A stretch of DNA of 63,687 nucleotides, filler included, from Choristocarpus tenellus KU-1152 (GCA_964200185.2; 12 parts of 12 records of this genome joined end to end with filler, not necessarily neighbours in it), one strand, 5' to 3'. Shown: positions 26,946 through 41,800, counted from the whole stretch's first letter. Notes: generated by a model not told the origin, from the sequence alone. Translations and numbers: made by a program.

Positions 26946-27783
26946 ATTATGAAAGTTAAAATTAAACAGTCCAGACTCCATTTGCTTATCATCAAAAACA
27001 ACCCCTATACACACATACTTTTATCCAGACGATTGAAGTAGAGAAAATTGTGTACCACACCCATAAACACTTCTACCTCAAACATGTCTTTGTGAGTAGA
27101 GAACATACTCTGTGCGTTTCTTCTATGATAAGAGAAAATATATTTCCCTATAGTTCGCGTCCATTGGACGCAATAACAAGGACATATTTCTCATCTCTTC
27201 TGAATTACATATCTCATCCGGCATCCCGCTGTGACAGCCTACTTCTCTCCACTTCCTCTATTCCCCTTTTCAGGAAATGGGGGGTTGGGAAATCAACCAA
27301 TACCTGCACTCTCTGGTCATGGAAGAAGTCCAACACGGATAAAACCCTCCACATATTCTGCTCCGTGTTTATCAACCAATATGGGCAGAACGAGGGGGAA
27401 GGAGACATACACTTGGAAGGACCTCGTCGCTTGGTTTTTGGACGAGGATAAGAAGTTTGCGTCATTGGCAAGGACACTACGAGAATTAATGTCCGAGGAG
27501 ATACGCACATCTGCAACCGACATGCAGGTCAGGACCTTCCTCGAGTTCTTGAAGCAGGACCTTAACACAGAACNNNNNNNNNNNNNNNNNNNNNNNNNNN
27601 NNNNNNNNNNNNNNNNNTTAATTAATTAANNNNNNNNNNNNNNNNNNNNNNNNNNNNNNNNNNNNNNNNNNNNAGACGTGGGCTTTTCCGATTTTTTTTT
27701 GGTCCAAATGGACACCCTGGTGTAGACCCCCCCCCCCCCCCCCCCCAGATACTTTAGGTCTTAAACGCTTTGAAGGGATACGG

Positions 27784-28313
27784 CTAGTGCTGCAAAGCAT
27801 TTGCAATTTTTCCGCTACAATCCAATAAAACCGACCAAATAGTCAGATTTGAGATCGTAACACTCAATCGGTAAAGGATGTTTTTGCCACGCGCATGGTG
27901 TGCTGCACACTCTTCTAGAAAATACTCCACAGAGCAGGGTTTACGCTGCTCTGCCCTGTCGAAGCGTTTTGAGTCTGATGGAGGACACGGAACAATTCTT
28001 ATCCGATTCTTATACATACTCCCAAAACTTCTCCGTTCATAACACTGACCAACCATGGAGAAATTTCTATTCCCATCCGATGTCTTGTTGTACTTGAGCG
28101 AAGGAATAAAAATATTTTGAAAAGGCGTTCTGATCGACCCTTGACGTGCTGAAGATATGGAGTCGTAGTGTGCAACTGGGACAGGTACTCTTAAGAGGTG
28201 AAGATGGCACACTCATTAAAACCTTAGCTATTTGCAGTGCCATTCACTATCTGCAATTAAGACATTCATTCAACAAGAATCTATGACAAACTCACCAGCA
28301 ACCTGCTTTTGTT

Positions 28314-28361
<48 letters not shown>

Positions 28362-31188
28362 TGTGTGTGCGTATAGCCTTTCAGGGGATGCAGCACCGTG
28401 GTCCTAAACAGTGTTGACAGGATGATTTCAATGTCAACGCTACAAACTCTAGAGGCCCAGGAACAGGAGATCGTCTGGTTGTACTTTTTTAAAGATTTAT
28501 TTGCACAGTGCGATGTTTGGGTATCTGAAAGATTATACGGCCATTTGGACTGAATCTGGAAATTATCTCCAAAAGTGACACAATTTCCAGGTTTGACACC
28601 AGTTCTCCACTAAGCTCTAGAGAAGGGTGATATTGTGAGGTTACAAGCCCCCAAGTGATGGACCATGCGCATTGCTACCATCCGACACCTGTCTTGATAT
28701 CCCTCAATGCACCCACCCCACACTTGTCATAGAAGAGGAAGCAGATGTCACCTGGTGAGCCAATGTGGAACCTGAGGGTGCTCCATCCTCAGGGATTGGC
28801 ATTAGAACTGGGACCATAGAGTGCAGGGTATTCAACGGACGAGGAGGACCAGGTGACATGTTGGAAGGCCCCTCTTACAGTTTATGCACCCAGCCAACAC
28901 CGTGACCATGGGGTGTCAGTAGCATAAGGTAAGCAAGGGTGTGATGAAAGTAAGACCGAGCAATAGAGGTACCAACAGAACCAACACTACAATAATGATA
29001 ACCTTATTTTTTGTTTTATTCAATGACCGTAGCTCAAATGTACAGAAGGATCTTCCTCATGGGTATAACTTCACTATGGATTATTGTATGGGTGGAAATA
29101 CAGGAATGGAACAGTGGGATCAAGGATTGGTAGGAGTCTAGATCACTCAATATATATTTGTATAATGAGAATAGCTCTCAATAAGAGCAACCAGATGATG
29201 CATAATCATTCCTTCATCCCAACAACCACCCTCCTTTGCCTACCCTGCCACAGTGCCACAATACAAGCTTTACCAATTGCCCACCCTGTTGTGATGTCTG
29301 AGGATTATCAAGGAGATACAGCATTTGCTCCACAAACAAGAGTGACCGCATGCTCACCTTGTCGAAGGGAAAGTAACATTGTCCTTGTGTCAGACTGTAC
29401 AGAGACTTTGCGCTCCTCCTCCTCCTCCTCTTCCTCCCCCTCCTCCTCTTCCTCCTCCTCCTCCATCATCCATCCCATTCCCTGTTGCATTTTCGTCTTG
29501 TTTTCATTGGCACTTGAACCATGATCCCCTTTGATGTAGACCCTGTCCCTCTGTAGTCTTTCTAGTTTGGCTGCCTCCTTCCCTGATATGACATTCTGCT
29601 CTGTTGTGTGGGGTCTCACCTTGTGGAGGGTGGAAAGTGAATAGAGAGAATTTTTCCATCCAAACATAAGAATTGCTATGAGGCATAACATTATACCAGC
29701 ACAGGCTCAGTCAAACAATACATATTGATAAGAAAAGGATGTACAATGAATTATTTTATCACGAATATGGAGCATGCAACACAAATTCTGAGACCATGGA
29801 ATATGCTGGATTAGGAAATGAGACAGTAATAATTGGTTGTGAGGATACCTCTTCTGACACCAACAAAGATCTAGGCAACTATCATGATAAGCTCCTGTGA
29901 AATATCAGCAGAGGGAAGATCACTGCTGAAGTGATACAGTCTTGGAACCAATAGGAAATACTCGAACTTTTTATGGAATGGTAAAACTTAGGCTGAAACT
30001 GTATTATGTGTACAGTTAGAGTTTTTATGCTCCAGGGGGGCACATCCTTGAGTAGGCTGAGTTCCAACCCCCCACCATTTGGATATCCTTCCCTTGAAAT
30101 TTCTACATTGAGCACTTCGTTGTGCTCCCAGGACTTACTTTGAATTGTGGTTGTGTGTTGAGATGTTCTATTGCTGAGAGGACTGTCTCTATCTTGGGCT
30201 CTGTTTCTGCAGACTTCAAAAGTCTCTGGAGCTCTCGATACTGCACATCCAGATTTCTCTCATGGACCTGAACATAAGTTACAGAGAATTCACCGGAATG
30301 TATCTATGAATATCTGCTCCGGTGTATTATGTGTATCCAATAGTGTTCGTAATACTACAAGGGTAAGAATTTACAGCGACTTACGGCCTACTTCTTGGTG
30401 CACTTCTAACTAGTCGTGATGCTGTGCCATCTACAGTGCCACTCTTAAGGAGCATTCCAATTTTTCCCACCTCCACGTTTTACATCCTCCTTGGCAAATC
30501 TCATTTGACCTCAATGGTGTTGGAGGGTTTTCTATGTGTAACGAAAGGCTTCGGTGAAAGTGATAAGAATTATTTCTCCACTCGAAAATAGAGAGGCAAG
30601 ATGACTATTGGGTGCTATCGATACTTCGTCGAAGGATACACAGAGTACGTGATGATAACTTACTTTTTCGAGCTCTGTGGAACCAGTTCTTGTATGTGTT
30701 GGTGAACTATTTCTCTGTGCTCTCTTCTGAGTCACGTATGCCCCGCTTCTCTCAATCCAACGAAATGGAGACACAACTATTGGCTGCGGGAAGTGCTCCG
30801 AACTGCCCTGCAGAGCCCTTAGGCAACTCTTAGGTCCCCCGGAGGAGTAGTTTCGTTGCGGACGAACGCCCACTGTCCCGACCTTGATATCCATCCCTCC
30901 TCACGAACTACCTCGGAGAATCCCATCACTATCTAGCATCATCCTGTTGCCGAGAATGAGGACGGACGGAGACTGTCGATTATGAAACTTGCATAACTGC
31001 TACTGCAAAAACATGGCCATCAATACTTGCTCCAACGATGTCCATCCTTCCTTGGGGCAGTTGTTACAAGGAAAGGGTGAAACATGTTTAGATTTCTATG
31101 TACCAGTCCCCACGTTGAAGACGAAGTGCTTCGTAAGTGTAGCATCAGTTCCATTCGACGGCGCCATGATATTGCTATCTACTTGATC
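27784..31188 (-). CDS. Probable multi-exon gene of unknown function (structure only partly resolved)
   Basis: Candidate exons with canonical sites: ~31105-31188, 30139-30267 (VHERNLDVQYRELQRLLK..QFK), ~29338-29550 (poly-Glu, ..MLLSLRQ|gtgag) and terminal ORF 27784-28190. Some phases could not be reconciled. Confidence 0.4.
28318..28369. repeat. (GT)n microsatellite
   Basis: Directly visible; a (CA)n tract also lies at 34517-34563. Confidence 0.95.
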
Positions 31189-31973
31189 CTAGGGGAAGTG
31201 GGATCGACCTGTTGTTTCACGTGTATAGATGGTCGAGAGACTACAATGAGTAGTGGATGTGTGAGGCTTCTTGAAACGATACTGAAACGTCTGTTGTGTC
31301 AGGAACAGAAATTGACTCCTTACCCACATCATCCGAGAAGCGAGCAGTCACCCAACAATACCATATATTGTGGCATTGGGTATGGCGGAGGCTGCAAGAT
31401 CTATCTTATCACCAGTGCAGGCCTATTTCAATACGAGACGGATAGAACGGGAGAAAAAAGACTTCAAAGGGCAATGGTAAGGCGTTTTTTGAGTGTGGTG
31501 GTATTATTCCTCCATCCATAGACGTGTGCATCGAAACTGTAAGTTCACAAGTTCATGATGCCATTCTTCTGGCAGTTTTGTTCGATCAGTTCTGGACCTT
31601 ATTCGAGCAGAGGGAAAAGATCAAGACCAGTGGAGAGAGCGGCAACGTTTGCGGACTCTCGGCACAGTGGGAGGAAAGGTAATGGTGGGAAACAAGGCAC
31701 GACCTCTATCAATGTTCCAACCATCCTCGCCGACGAGTGTTTCTCGGGTAATCAACATCGCACGAACAAAGAATATGGTTTACCTCCTTATGCTTGACAA
31801 TCTATCACTCGCATCCGTTCTCTTTCTAGGGGGGCGTCCACAAGCGCCCAAAAACGCCGCTACCCCTACCCCAGCATGCGATTGCCACACAAGGCAGCAA
31901 GAAGCAGCAAAGGACGACAGTGTCACTAAAGTCAGATCCTGAGAAGGGGTCGCTCCCCCCTTCTGCAAGGCGA

Positions 31974-33975
31974 ATGAAAGAATCTATCGGGTCGAACCGA
32001 TCAGAGAAAAAACATCATTCTGAGAGTGCGCTGGTCCAGGCTGCGACGAGGGTGCAGGCGCTAAAGCAGACCCTCGCCAAAGCTGCTGACCCCCCTGCAG
32101 TTGCCCTTGAGATCGCATATCAGTTGCTCATATTAGAAAATCTCCAAGGCGCGCTTGAATTCTTCCAGTTAGCAACTAAGCCCTCACCTCGTGAGTTTTT
32201 CGCAATAAAATAACAGGCATACCTAGTCTCCTGTCACCACCCTCAGATCTGTTTATAGAGACCACTTGAGAGCAATAGTAAGTGAGAGGTACCCAGAGTT
32301 GCATTTTGAGGATGCTAACAAGTATGTCCAAAATTCGGCTTTATGTACAAATGAGTATAGGAGCTTTTCTTATTTCTGTCAAAAAAAAATCACCCAACAA
32401 AGAAATCAACGCTCTCAGTCAAGCTTGGCACTCTTACGCTTCAAAAAATGAGTGAATTTCAATAGTTTGAAAAAGTGACTTGAACTGGAAAAAGGTTAAA
32501 ACCCAGGTGCCTCTCGTTTACTTTGATTCTTGAGCACCCTGTTGATAGCTGCTGTCATTATGTTACAGATGCATGCCTACATGTTGTAGTGGGGACTGGC
32601 ATGCCATGTCATGAAGCAGAAGAGACCTTTGTATCAACACAAACCAAGGAGGCAGTCGTATCCCCTCCTCAACAAAATCTCAGTTTTCCACACATGGATT
32701 ATTATTTGGGGGTGTACTGCAGCGATAGCTGCAGTATGTGACCGCCTCAACATCGTACAATCTGATATCCTTTACTTTCATTGGAATGTTGTGGTTTTCC
32801 GCTTCAACTCTTCATCATCACAGCATATGTCCCCTCAAAGAAGGATAAGGAGATTGCAGAGAGTAGAGACCGGAAAATACTCCTACTCAGTGAAGCACAA
32901 AGGGAAGAGGCGGAAGCTGAGCTCATTGCAGCTAAGAGGGTAGAGGAACAGAAGAGGGTACACGCCCAGGCTGAAAGAAAAAAAATAGCCACAACTGGAA
33001 TATATCAGTGCCTACTTGGTCTGCGACTGCCTGTAGAGGCATCTGTCGCAGCAAGATTAAGGCTCACCATGTGCAAGACAAGGGAGGAGCAATTGCAGGT
33101 TGGACACCCCTCTTCTATTCTAGAGGCATGGCTGCTAGGGATGGACAGATACACCCTTTACCATGGTACAGAACTGCCTGGCAGAAGAGAAACCTATACC
33201 CTGTGGGTCCACTCAATGGCTGTAGACCCTTTGACAGGTGTGGCCTTGCCAAGCCTAACCCAGCTTCAAGACTTCAACAGATATTATGCCAGATATTATG
33301 CCATGGTCTCAACCTTTGGCTCCATGCGTGATACTTCCACTTTTCTTAGTCCTCTAAAGTTACCAATGCCCCTAATACTTCTGTATCATGCCCTGGACAC
33401 CATACTGGTCCCTGTTTGAGCCTAAACATGCCACAAGACCTTTGCCCCCTCTCGTAACCACTCTTAGGCCAAATCAAGACCTCACCCTCAAACGCTCTCT
33501 CTATCGCTCTCATTGTACATGGCACTGTAATCAGGTTAAAGAGGAGCTTCACACAACCCTGGTTGGTCGAGAAGACATGGTGGAATTGGATGCCACCAAC
33601 CAAGGGGCATGGCTCACTGGGTCTGCAGGCGCCATAGCAGACCTGCATGCATCTGTGTTGAGCGAGAGCTTTCCTTCTCAGTCAGATTCAGCCATTAGCA
33701 CACAGGGAAAAGCACCATGTAAGAAGGGGGAGCTGAAGAGAGGAAAGGCTGAGCTGAATCCTCCTCAAATACTTGAACTAGGGGAAAACGTGGGGGAAAG
33801 AGGAGGGACAGGAGAAGGAGATCAGAAAAGCTTCTGTAGGGAACAACACCTGCGTGCACTAGCCCACCTCCTAGCTCGAAAAAGGCAGTTTTCAGCAAGT
33901 AGAAAGGTAAACCAGCCAGAGGTAGATACAGCCCACCGTTGTGCAGTGAATAACCCCAGCAATGTGAACGTGTAG
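31974..33975 (+). CDS. Unknown protein, 3 exons (31974-32190, 32824-33305, 33535-33975)
   Basis: Phase-1 and phase-0 GT-AG introns join three ORFs into one frame (..TKPSP/PYVPSKK..YYAM/VKEELH..). Helical, TPR-like N-terminal part; the start codon is uncertain. Confidence 0.65.
32270..32529. mobile_element. MITE family C, intronic, TSD TTGA
   Basis: ttga|GAGCAATAGTAAGTGAGAGGTACCC...GGTGCCTCTCGTTTACTTTGATTC|ttga; inverted homolog of 46456-46706. Confidence 0.8.
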
Positions 33976-34093
33976 CAGCAATTTAGAAGCAGTATCAGTA
34001 GCAAGAAGAAAGGACAACCCAGTACCCAAAATAATCTACTACTACAAAGTTATTTGCACAGAAAAATAACAACACCAACATACTACACGATCT

Positions 34094-34514
34094 GGCTCAA
34101 AGTATCTGGGAGGGGGTGGAGGCTGTCCATTTGGGGTCAATTTATTAATGTCGCGATTTTTCGGTGATTTGGTTGCATGCATCGGATGGATACTATAAAT
34201 GTACTTTTCTTGATTTTGGTCCAAATGGACACCCTGGTGTAGACCCCCGCCCCCCCCCCACACCCNNNNNNNNNNNNNNNNNNNNNNNNNNNNNNNNNNN
34301 NNNNNNNNNTTAATTAATTAANNNNNNNNNNNNNNNNNNNNNNNNNNNNNNNNNNNNNNNNNNNNTCGAGGTTGGGGGGGGGGGGGGGGTCGGCGTCCGT
34401 TTTTCACCATTTTTTCGATTTTCACTTTTTTGGTCTGATTTGGTTGTATGTGTCGGATTTGAAATTTCAGCAAAAAAAATAAATGTTTGACCGAAATGGA
34501 CACCCCCTCACAAA

Positions 34515-34565
<51 letters not shown>

Positions 34566-34576
34566 TACTTTGACCC
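34094..34576. mobile_element. MITE family A copies on both sides of a linker
   Basis: GGCTCAAAGTATCTGGG at 34094 and CAGATACTTTGACCC ending at 34576. Confidence 0.8.
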
Positions 34577-34837
34577 TCCAGTGATGGGGGTTGAGAGGAT
34601 GTTTGTTTGTGTGTTGTGTTGTGTTGTGTGTGTGCGTTAGTACGCCTTCTTTTGGAGGGCGGGCGGGCATCCATGCCCTTTATTTATTTTTTTATTATCT
34701 TTTCTGTTGTTGGAACGGGCGGAATAAGAATTGTGGTTCCAGAGTGTACTGGTTCTTAGAAGTGATTTTGTGAGTTTAAAATTTTGAAACATTTTAGATC
34801 TCGAATCGATAGTACCCATGATGTGCGCCTAAATGTG

Positions 34838-34868
<31 letters not shown>

Positions 34869-35846
34869 ATTTTTTAGAGGGGTTTTTTGCTTGAAATGAA
34901 AGGGGCTTTTGGGGTTTGTTGGNNNNNNNNNNTTGTTGTATATTGTTGTGCATAGGTGGGGGGGCGGGGGGGGGGGGGGCGTGTGGGGGGGGGGGGGGGT
35001 GGGGGGGGGGGGGGGGGGGGGGGGGGGGAAGAGGTCGTAGTTTGTACAGGAGTTTATTGCTTGAAATGAAAGAGGCTTCTGGTGTATGCTAGGGTTAGAG
35101 CTGGCACGTAGATGATGAAGGCAATGGACCGATGATATTCCTTGAGGCTGTGCATGGTCCAGTGTAAGTGCCCCTTGGCTGTGGAGCTCTTTTGTGGAGA
35201 GACCCTTGCAAAGATAGTGATGATCGTCATCACTTGAAGTACATTATTTTTTATTTTTTTTCTTACTTCGTAGTCCGTGATTGGCTTGAAAAGTAAAGCA
35301 TGTGCAAACAAACATCACCTCTCTATTTGTGTGTATCTCCGAGCTAATATATTATTCTTACTGTCATATATTTTTTTTAGATCTCAATGCCTGGCCTCGT
35401 TTCTCCTTGCGTTTGAATCCTCATTTTGGTTTTGATTCCACGTGTTCACTATGTATGGTGTATGGTGTGCAAGACATTTCACTTGGTTTCCTGATACTGG
35501 TACTGGACATCCCTCCTTTATCCCTGGTGAACCTTTCCTACCCAGCACTTCAGCTCTCAACCTACACCCGATTCATCCCCAAGAGGCTCCTCTTACTCAA
35601 AAAATAGTGAACCTTACCCACAGTTTGGATTTGATGCACTATGTGTGCCCTCTGCTTTGTGAAGGCCCGGTTGTGGCTGCAGTGGTGGCCCGGTGTCATG
35701 CAATATGTATGTGCGGGCATTATATCACCAAGCTCAGATCCTCATTGTACACGCTATAATGTCACCCCCCCCCCACACACACACACACTCTTTGCCTTTA
35801 ATTCCTTACGGCTGCTTGCTTGTGTCTGCTTTTGGTCCTTCCTCAG

Positions 35847-35930
35847 CTTCCTGAGTATGAAGACAAGAAGACCCTCCGGAAAAAGCTCTTGTACGCCATC
35901 AGTTCAAACGCCGGGTTTGAACTCACGTGA
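35847..35930 (+). CDS. Terminal exon of a HECT E3 ubiquitin ligase (UBE3B/C / UPL6-7-like)
   Basis: cag|LPEYEDKKTLRKKLLYAISSNAGFELT* is the classic HECT C-terminus (LPxY..L..KL..AI....GFxL). Confidence 0.88.
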   Translation, partial: LPEYEDKKTLRKKLLYAISSNAGFELT

Positions 35931-37382
35931 TCATGAGTTTTGTGGGAGTTTGTAGAGACTCTCTGGGCTCTGTATGTGTCGTTGTTAGTGATAACCAGGC
36001 GGGGGCGGGGGGGGGGGGGGCTGATGTTTGCCGAATATTGCACTCCNNNNNNNNNNTTTTTTTTGGTTGTTTTTTTTGTTTGTGTGGTGGGGGTGGTGGG
36101 GTGGGTGGGTGTTGTTGTTTGCCGAATATTGCACTCCTTTCGTGGTGGAGCGAGAGCAAGACCTGGTGGCGCATACGATGCTTCATCGATGTATGCAAGT
36201 ATATCAAGAGTATTTATTGGAGGGTTATGGACATTGGACATCCTCACCAGGAATCCTTGGTAACCCTTGTCCGGTTGGGAAGGGGCAGAGAAGTGGGAGG
36301 TTTGAGGGGGCTAGTAGGACACGGGTATTCTTGGGGTGTGTGTGGCCCCAAGATGTCATCTCTTTTATTTATTATTTTTTGTTGTTGCTTGTACCGGTAT
36401 ACATACATTAACTCAGTACCACACCGTTGGACCTTTTTGTTTTTGTATACAACTGGCAAGGCGTACTCCGGAACCTTTTCCCTGTAAAGACTGAACAGAT
36501 GTGTCTGGAACTTTAGTGAAAACCCTGTATTTTTCTTGGATTTTTTTTTTTCTTCCCCCTTTGTAACCGTTTTTACGTACAATTTTTTATATTATGTACT
36601 CCTCCGGAACAATATTTTTACGGTTCGTGGAAATTTGTGTTTCCTGACCTTGGGAGGCGGTGGAGGTAGGACAAATCGCCTTCCTCGCATGTGAAGGGTG
36701 TTGTTAACATCCTGTGTAGATATTTCAGCCTTTTCAGGCTAAGAAAAGTAAACCGTGATGCTTTCTCTTCGTAACTGTCGTCTCTGTTGTTGTTGTTGTG
36801 GTGGTGGTGATGGCACACGTACTGGCATGCGACCAACATCTTTTGTGATGCTTTGTGCTTTTGTTCAGTATTTGAGAACTGAAAGAACTATATTCGCAAT
36901 TAAATCGGCTAGAAAAGAAAACAGAACAATTGGTGCATCAACGCGCGAGGTAAAGCGTGCAAAACGCACAAAACGCACGCAGGTCTCCGAGTGGTAAGTG
37001 ATGTAGTGAGGTGAAAACTCTGAAGCCTCGAGAGGTCTCAACACAACACATAACCCTAACCCTATGAAGTCGTGAAGGGTGAAGCGTGTAGTGAGTTGTG
37101 GGCAGTGACAACTTGTAAAACAGAGATGTGGTTATGTGACTGCTTGATGTGTTCAGCAGTCACACTCCTCCTGTTTGTATATTATGATTCAAAAAAAAAA
37201 AAACAGAACGACCGAGCTTTTTCCTGTTTGGTTATTTGGTTATTTGGTTAGTTATTTTATTCCGATTTATCGAAGTGAAACGGAGTGATTAATAAAATAA
37301 TAAAATAAAATAGCCTGTTGCGATTTGCAACAACTACACTAGCTTTGTTGGCTTTGGTGTGGATGCAACCGACACTGGACAT

Positions 37383-38040
37383 TCAAGAGAGGCGCACTTT
37401 GGCGTAGGCGACGGGGCTGGTGTGCTCCTGGGGAACAGAGCACATATCATGTGTAACTAACTGATAGCAGACTGCTATGTCCTGGACCTGAAATAAATGG
37501 CAATAATTCGTCTGCTCCCACTTCAGTTCCCACTTTCTTGGTCGGAGGGTTAGGGTTAGTGATGAAGAAGGATATTGTGTACTTCTACTCCTCATATTCT
37601 TCAAGGATGGGTCGGACACAACAATTACAGTTGTTCAGGTTCAATTGCCTCGACCCCATTTTGTCGCACAGTGACTTTGATAATATGGATTATATCGATA
37701 AAGTAACGTTCTGATCGAGTGGTAGGGGTAGAAGATTAGGTTATAAATACGAAGAGCAACATTATTTCACATCTCAGACAGCAAGGAAATGAATCTAAGT
37801 TTGCCGCCCTTGTTACCTAATGCCTGGGACCAACATGATCAATAATTTATGTAATGGGTTGTGCACAGGATAACATTAATGCTCGGAGCAAATTTCCCAG
37901 TACGAGGAACCCACTGCCCTAGTGTTGAAATTTCAGTCTCAAAACTCTGATTCTCCGCTTTACAGTGGTGTTAGAACGTGCATTGCCCTCCATGGTGAGG
38001 TCAGCTCGTGTAGCGTACTATCATACACTATTCCCTCTCC
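37383..38040 (-). CDS. Last exon(s) of an unknown gene (37383-37427 EHTSPVAYAKVRLS*; candidate exon ~37986-38033)
   Basis: Pyrimidine-rich acceptor, then a short open frame to TGA. May continue the 38890-42041 gene across the linker. Confidence 0.35.
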
Positions 38041-38889
38041 ATTAGTAGTGTTCCAATGCACAGGTTGGGGACATTTCGAGTTGCTTATGTAACGTAGGTT
38101 GCTCGGACAATACTTTACTGCCTGTGATAACGCTCAACACTGCATAAAATAATACAAAGTTGATGGTGTTGTGTTGTATGATGACTTCTGTGTTTGGTAC
38201 CCATAAAAATGGTACACGTGCACCCACCTCCATTATCCAACAATTACGAGCGTAGCTTGCATGCCACACCGAAAAAGATTATATGTTTTCCCTGAATGAA
38301 GCCTCTTCATCAACAATTTCATATTGTTACTGTTGTTGCAAGTATTGGCCTCAATTCTTGGAGGTTTTCTGTGGTGGTGTATGCTGGATTTTCAGTTTTT
38401 TCTTGCTCTTCTACTTGCTGGGAGAGATTCGAGTGCCGCGGCGTAGTTCAAACTTTGAGGTATTATCTGTTCGTATAAGGAGATGCTTTGAAGTACTGTA
38501 CACTCCAAAAGTTGCTATTAGTACATAATATATATGAAGTAATCGTGTACGCAGCATTATAATGTGCGTAGAACAGTAGATTGGTGATGGATCAGGACAG
38601 TGGAATATAACAGGGGATCCTCAAAATTGGGGATGGCCCCGGACTATGGNNNNNNNNNNNNNNNNNNNNNNNNNNNNNNNNNNNNNNNNNNNNTTAATTA
38701 ATTAANNNNNNNNNNNNNNNNNNNNNNNNNNNNNNNNNNNNNNNNNNNNATCATAAGGGTGAAGCCATTCCCTAGGGCGTTAGGACACTTAGGTGTGTTG
38801 CCCCCCCCCCCCCTGGGGAGAGAGATGTGGAAGATGAAAGTTTTTAAAACGACGGCTGGTGGTTAATGCCCACCGCATTTAATGCACCA

Positions 38890-41800
38890 ACTGCCTCTAA
38901 GTTTCTGTCAGAGACAAAGTTCGATGTGTCTGCTAAGCCTTCCCATTTGCCGGTTTTCTGCTTCAGGAAGTCACTACTTTAGCTGAAGAATGTACCACAA
39001 AAAGTTTGTCCCCACTGTTTATCCCAGTCTCTCACTCCTTTGTATCTCTGAAACAGGACGCAGTTCATTGTTTTAGGTGGTTGTGAGAGGGTATCCCTGC
39101 AATGACACTGTGTAACTCTTAAGATATTTGCTCATACCAGATATTAGTTGCATCATCTTGTTTCCCTGTGAAGGAGAAGTAGTAGTATTTCCATTCCACA
39201 CTCCCCAACAGGACTGCACAACCAGCCTTTTGGATTCTGTCAGCATTTGTCGATATTTTTTTGGTGGGTGGTCAAGTTCTAGAATGACATACCATGAACA
39301 GTGATAAATATTTTTTGTTATGTGGTGAGTCTGTGCACATTCCATAATATACGTCAGAGGGAAAGAATTGTAGATTTAGAGTTTTTTTTCAAAAAATTCA
39401 TTGTCAGACACTTAAGTAGAGGCAGATGAATAAATAGGCTGGAGTTGTTGTGGAGATGGGACTCGAGGAGGAACAATATACCATCATCAGGTGTAGCCAG
39501 GGCACCCAACCTCTTCTCAAACACAGATTATGAGAAAAACATTTTGGCGTGTTGCTACAAGGCACCAGTCAGCGTTTCACTAGTGCTACCATGCTTTTGC
39601 TGTCTTCTAGTTTATTGGTCTGTGAAAATTGGTACACGTAGTAGTGTTGTGAATCACTAGTAGTAGTTCAGTCGGTTCCAGTCCAATAAAATCAGAACTG
39701 AAAAACTGAACGATTATTCTGTCGTTCTTCTGTTTCCGTACTAGCTTAAGTTTGACTACTGAAAGTGTCAGAGGCAACGGAAAAATAGCATGGTGTTTGT
39801 CGTAAGGTTTCACGATGAATACCCTCAATTCAGTACCATACAATTCACTGTTCATGGGTTCGGACCTATCTGCTGAGACCTGAGGGAGGCTTTGGAGCTT
39901 TTTTGTCTCATGAGCTGACATTTTAATTGGATTAATGTTTTTTCTATATTCTAGCTGATCTATTTGTAGTTGTAAATTCTCTTGGTTCACAACAATAGCA
40001 GATAGATTAGATACACATTACAGGTCGCACCGAGCTCCTGTTAGTCACAACACCAAAAGCCAGACAAGAGCTGTCCAAAGAAGTACACTAATAGAATATG
40101 GAGTACTCAGGGATAAAAGACTAAGGTAGGCAAACAACCTACATGACCCAAGAAGGTGGTATCCAGATTGTAACCCTTAATGGGGCAATCGTTCCTGTGA
40201 GCATTGCTGTGTAGTCCAAAGTTGGCATACTGCTCTCTCTTCTTTGGAGTGACAATGCAAGTTATCACACAAAGTTACACACATACACTCAAGGCTCGAA
40301 ACAGCTCCAGGTCATTATTACCATCAGCAACTCTTCTCCAAATAATGTGTCTGCTGGCAATCTTGTCCCTAATGCGTTTCATGTCACATGCTGTTATCGT
40401 GTCCATCTATGTGCCAGCCATCCAGTACACCTCCCAGACGATCTGTTGGGTCCATATTGCACCAGCCCTAACCCTAACCTCCACACATTTATGTGTATGG
40501 CAAAATTGTGTGTGTGTAATACCCTGGTTGTACCTCATCTTTGGAGTCTTGTATATGTCAACTTGCCATCTCGGAACTCGTAAGTGTGTTCTGAGAATAA
40601 TATTTTGTAACCGATGTTTTCTATCCTCAGCAATGCCCTTATACACTATTACACCCAAGTATACAGCGGTAACACCACAAGTGCCCCCTCTTCTTATGAC
40701 ACAGTTGTACACACAGGATAATTATACCCAACCAAGCTGCAGAGAGTAGTCATGATGGAGGGGAGATGACAACGAGCACCGAGTCCAAAGTACAAATCGG
40801 TTTCAAGATGCTCAGTGTCATGTTTCACGGAATAATAGGGTACAAACCCCACCACTTCTACCCCACAGCCACGGGCCCTCTCGCCCCTGTACACACCAAT
40901 CGAACTACATACAGTCAATTCTCATGCCACTCCCCTCTCTGTTGAACAGGTGTTCTGTCTCAAGTATGCAGGCCACTCCTGGAGGGGACATTATATCTAT
41001 ATATCTATATATAGAGAGATGTGTGTGTGTGTGTGTCCGTCTCAGAGCTGAGAGCCCAACAACCAAACCACACACAGATTTGGAACAAAATCACAAAAGT
41101 GAAAACATAGGATGAACCTACAAGGTTCAAGGCAATGCACATCAGTTCTTGTTGTTGCCCCATTCTTGCGCAAAACCACCTCCTCTACCTCCAATTGTTC
41201 ATCATTATACTCTATTCAGTAGGTACTGGTGTAACCAGATCGAGGAATGTTTGCACCATCTCCAAAAACTGATGTGGGTGTTGATCCAACTGCCCCTCTC
41301 CCACCCTCTATATTCCAGGTCCTACAGAACAACCAATCTATATCCCGAGAGAGTAAAAGCTCTCCGAAGTGGATTTGGGCGCATTTACAGGATGACATTG
41401 AAGGGCTATAGTCTTCATCCGTAACCACCATGCCACAGCTACATCCAACTTGTTTTGTTTTTGTTTTTTTTAACTTTTCAATGCAAATTTCTTTAAAAAA
41501 AATGGATACACACTAAAAATAATACTCCTGTAACAAACTCTGCAATTAGGAGTAAATAATCTGATGCGTAAGAAACTTCCAGAAGAGGGAGATGAGACTC
41601 GTGAGAAAAATTATGGCTGCATTGTCCCCCCTCCCTCTCCCTCCCCCCCAATTTGCGCGACGGAAGACTGAGGGTGAGATGACATGTACCCATCACTAAC
41701 ACCCACACTCAAACTCTGTCGGTATAGGATCTCACTCTTGCCACTATGGACATACACATATTCTTACCAGCAGAGCTCAGGCATCCATCTCCATGCCTCC

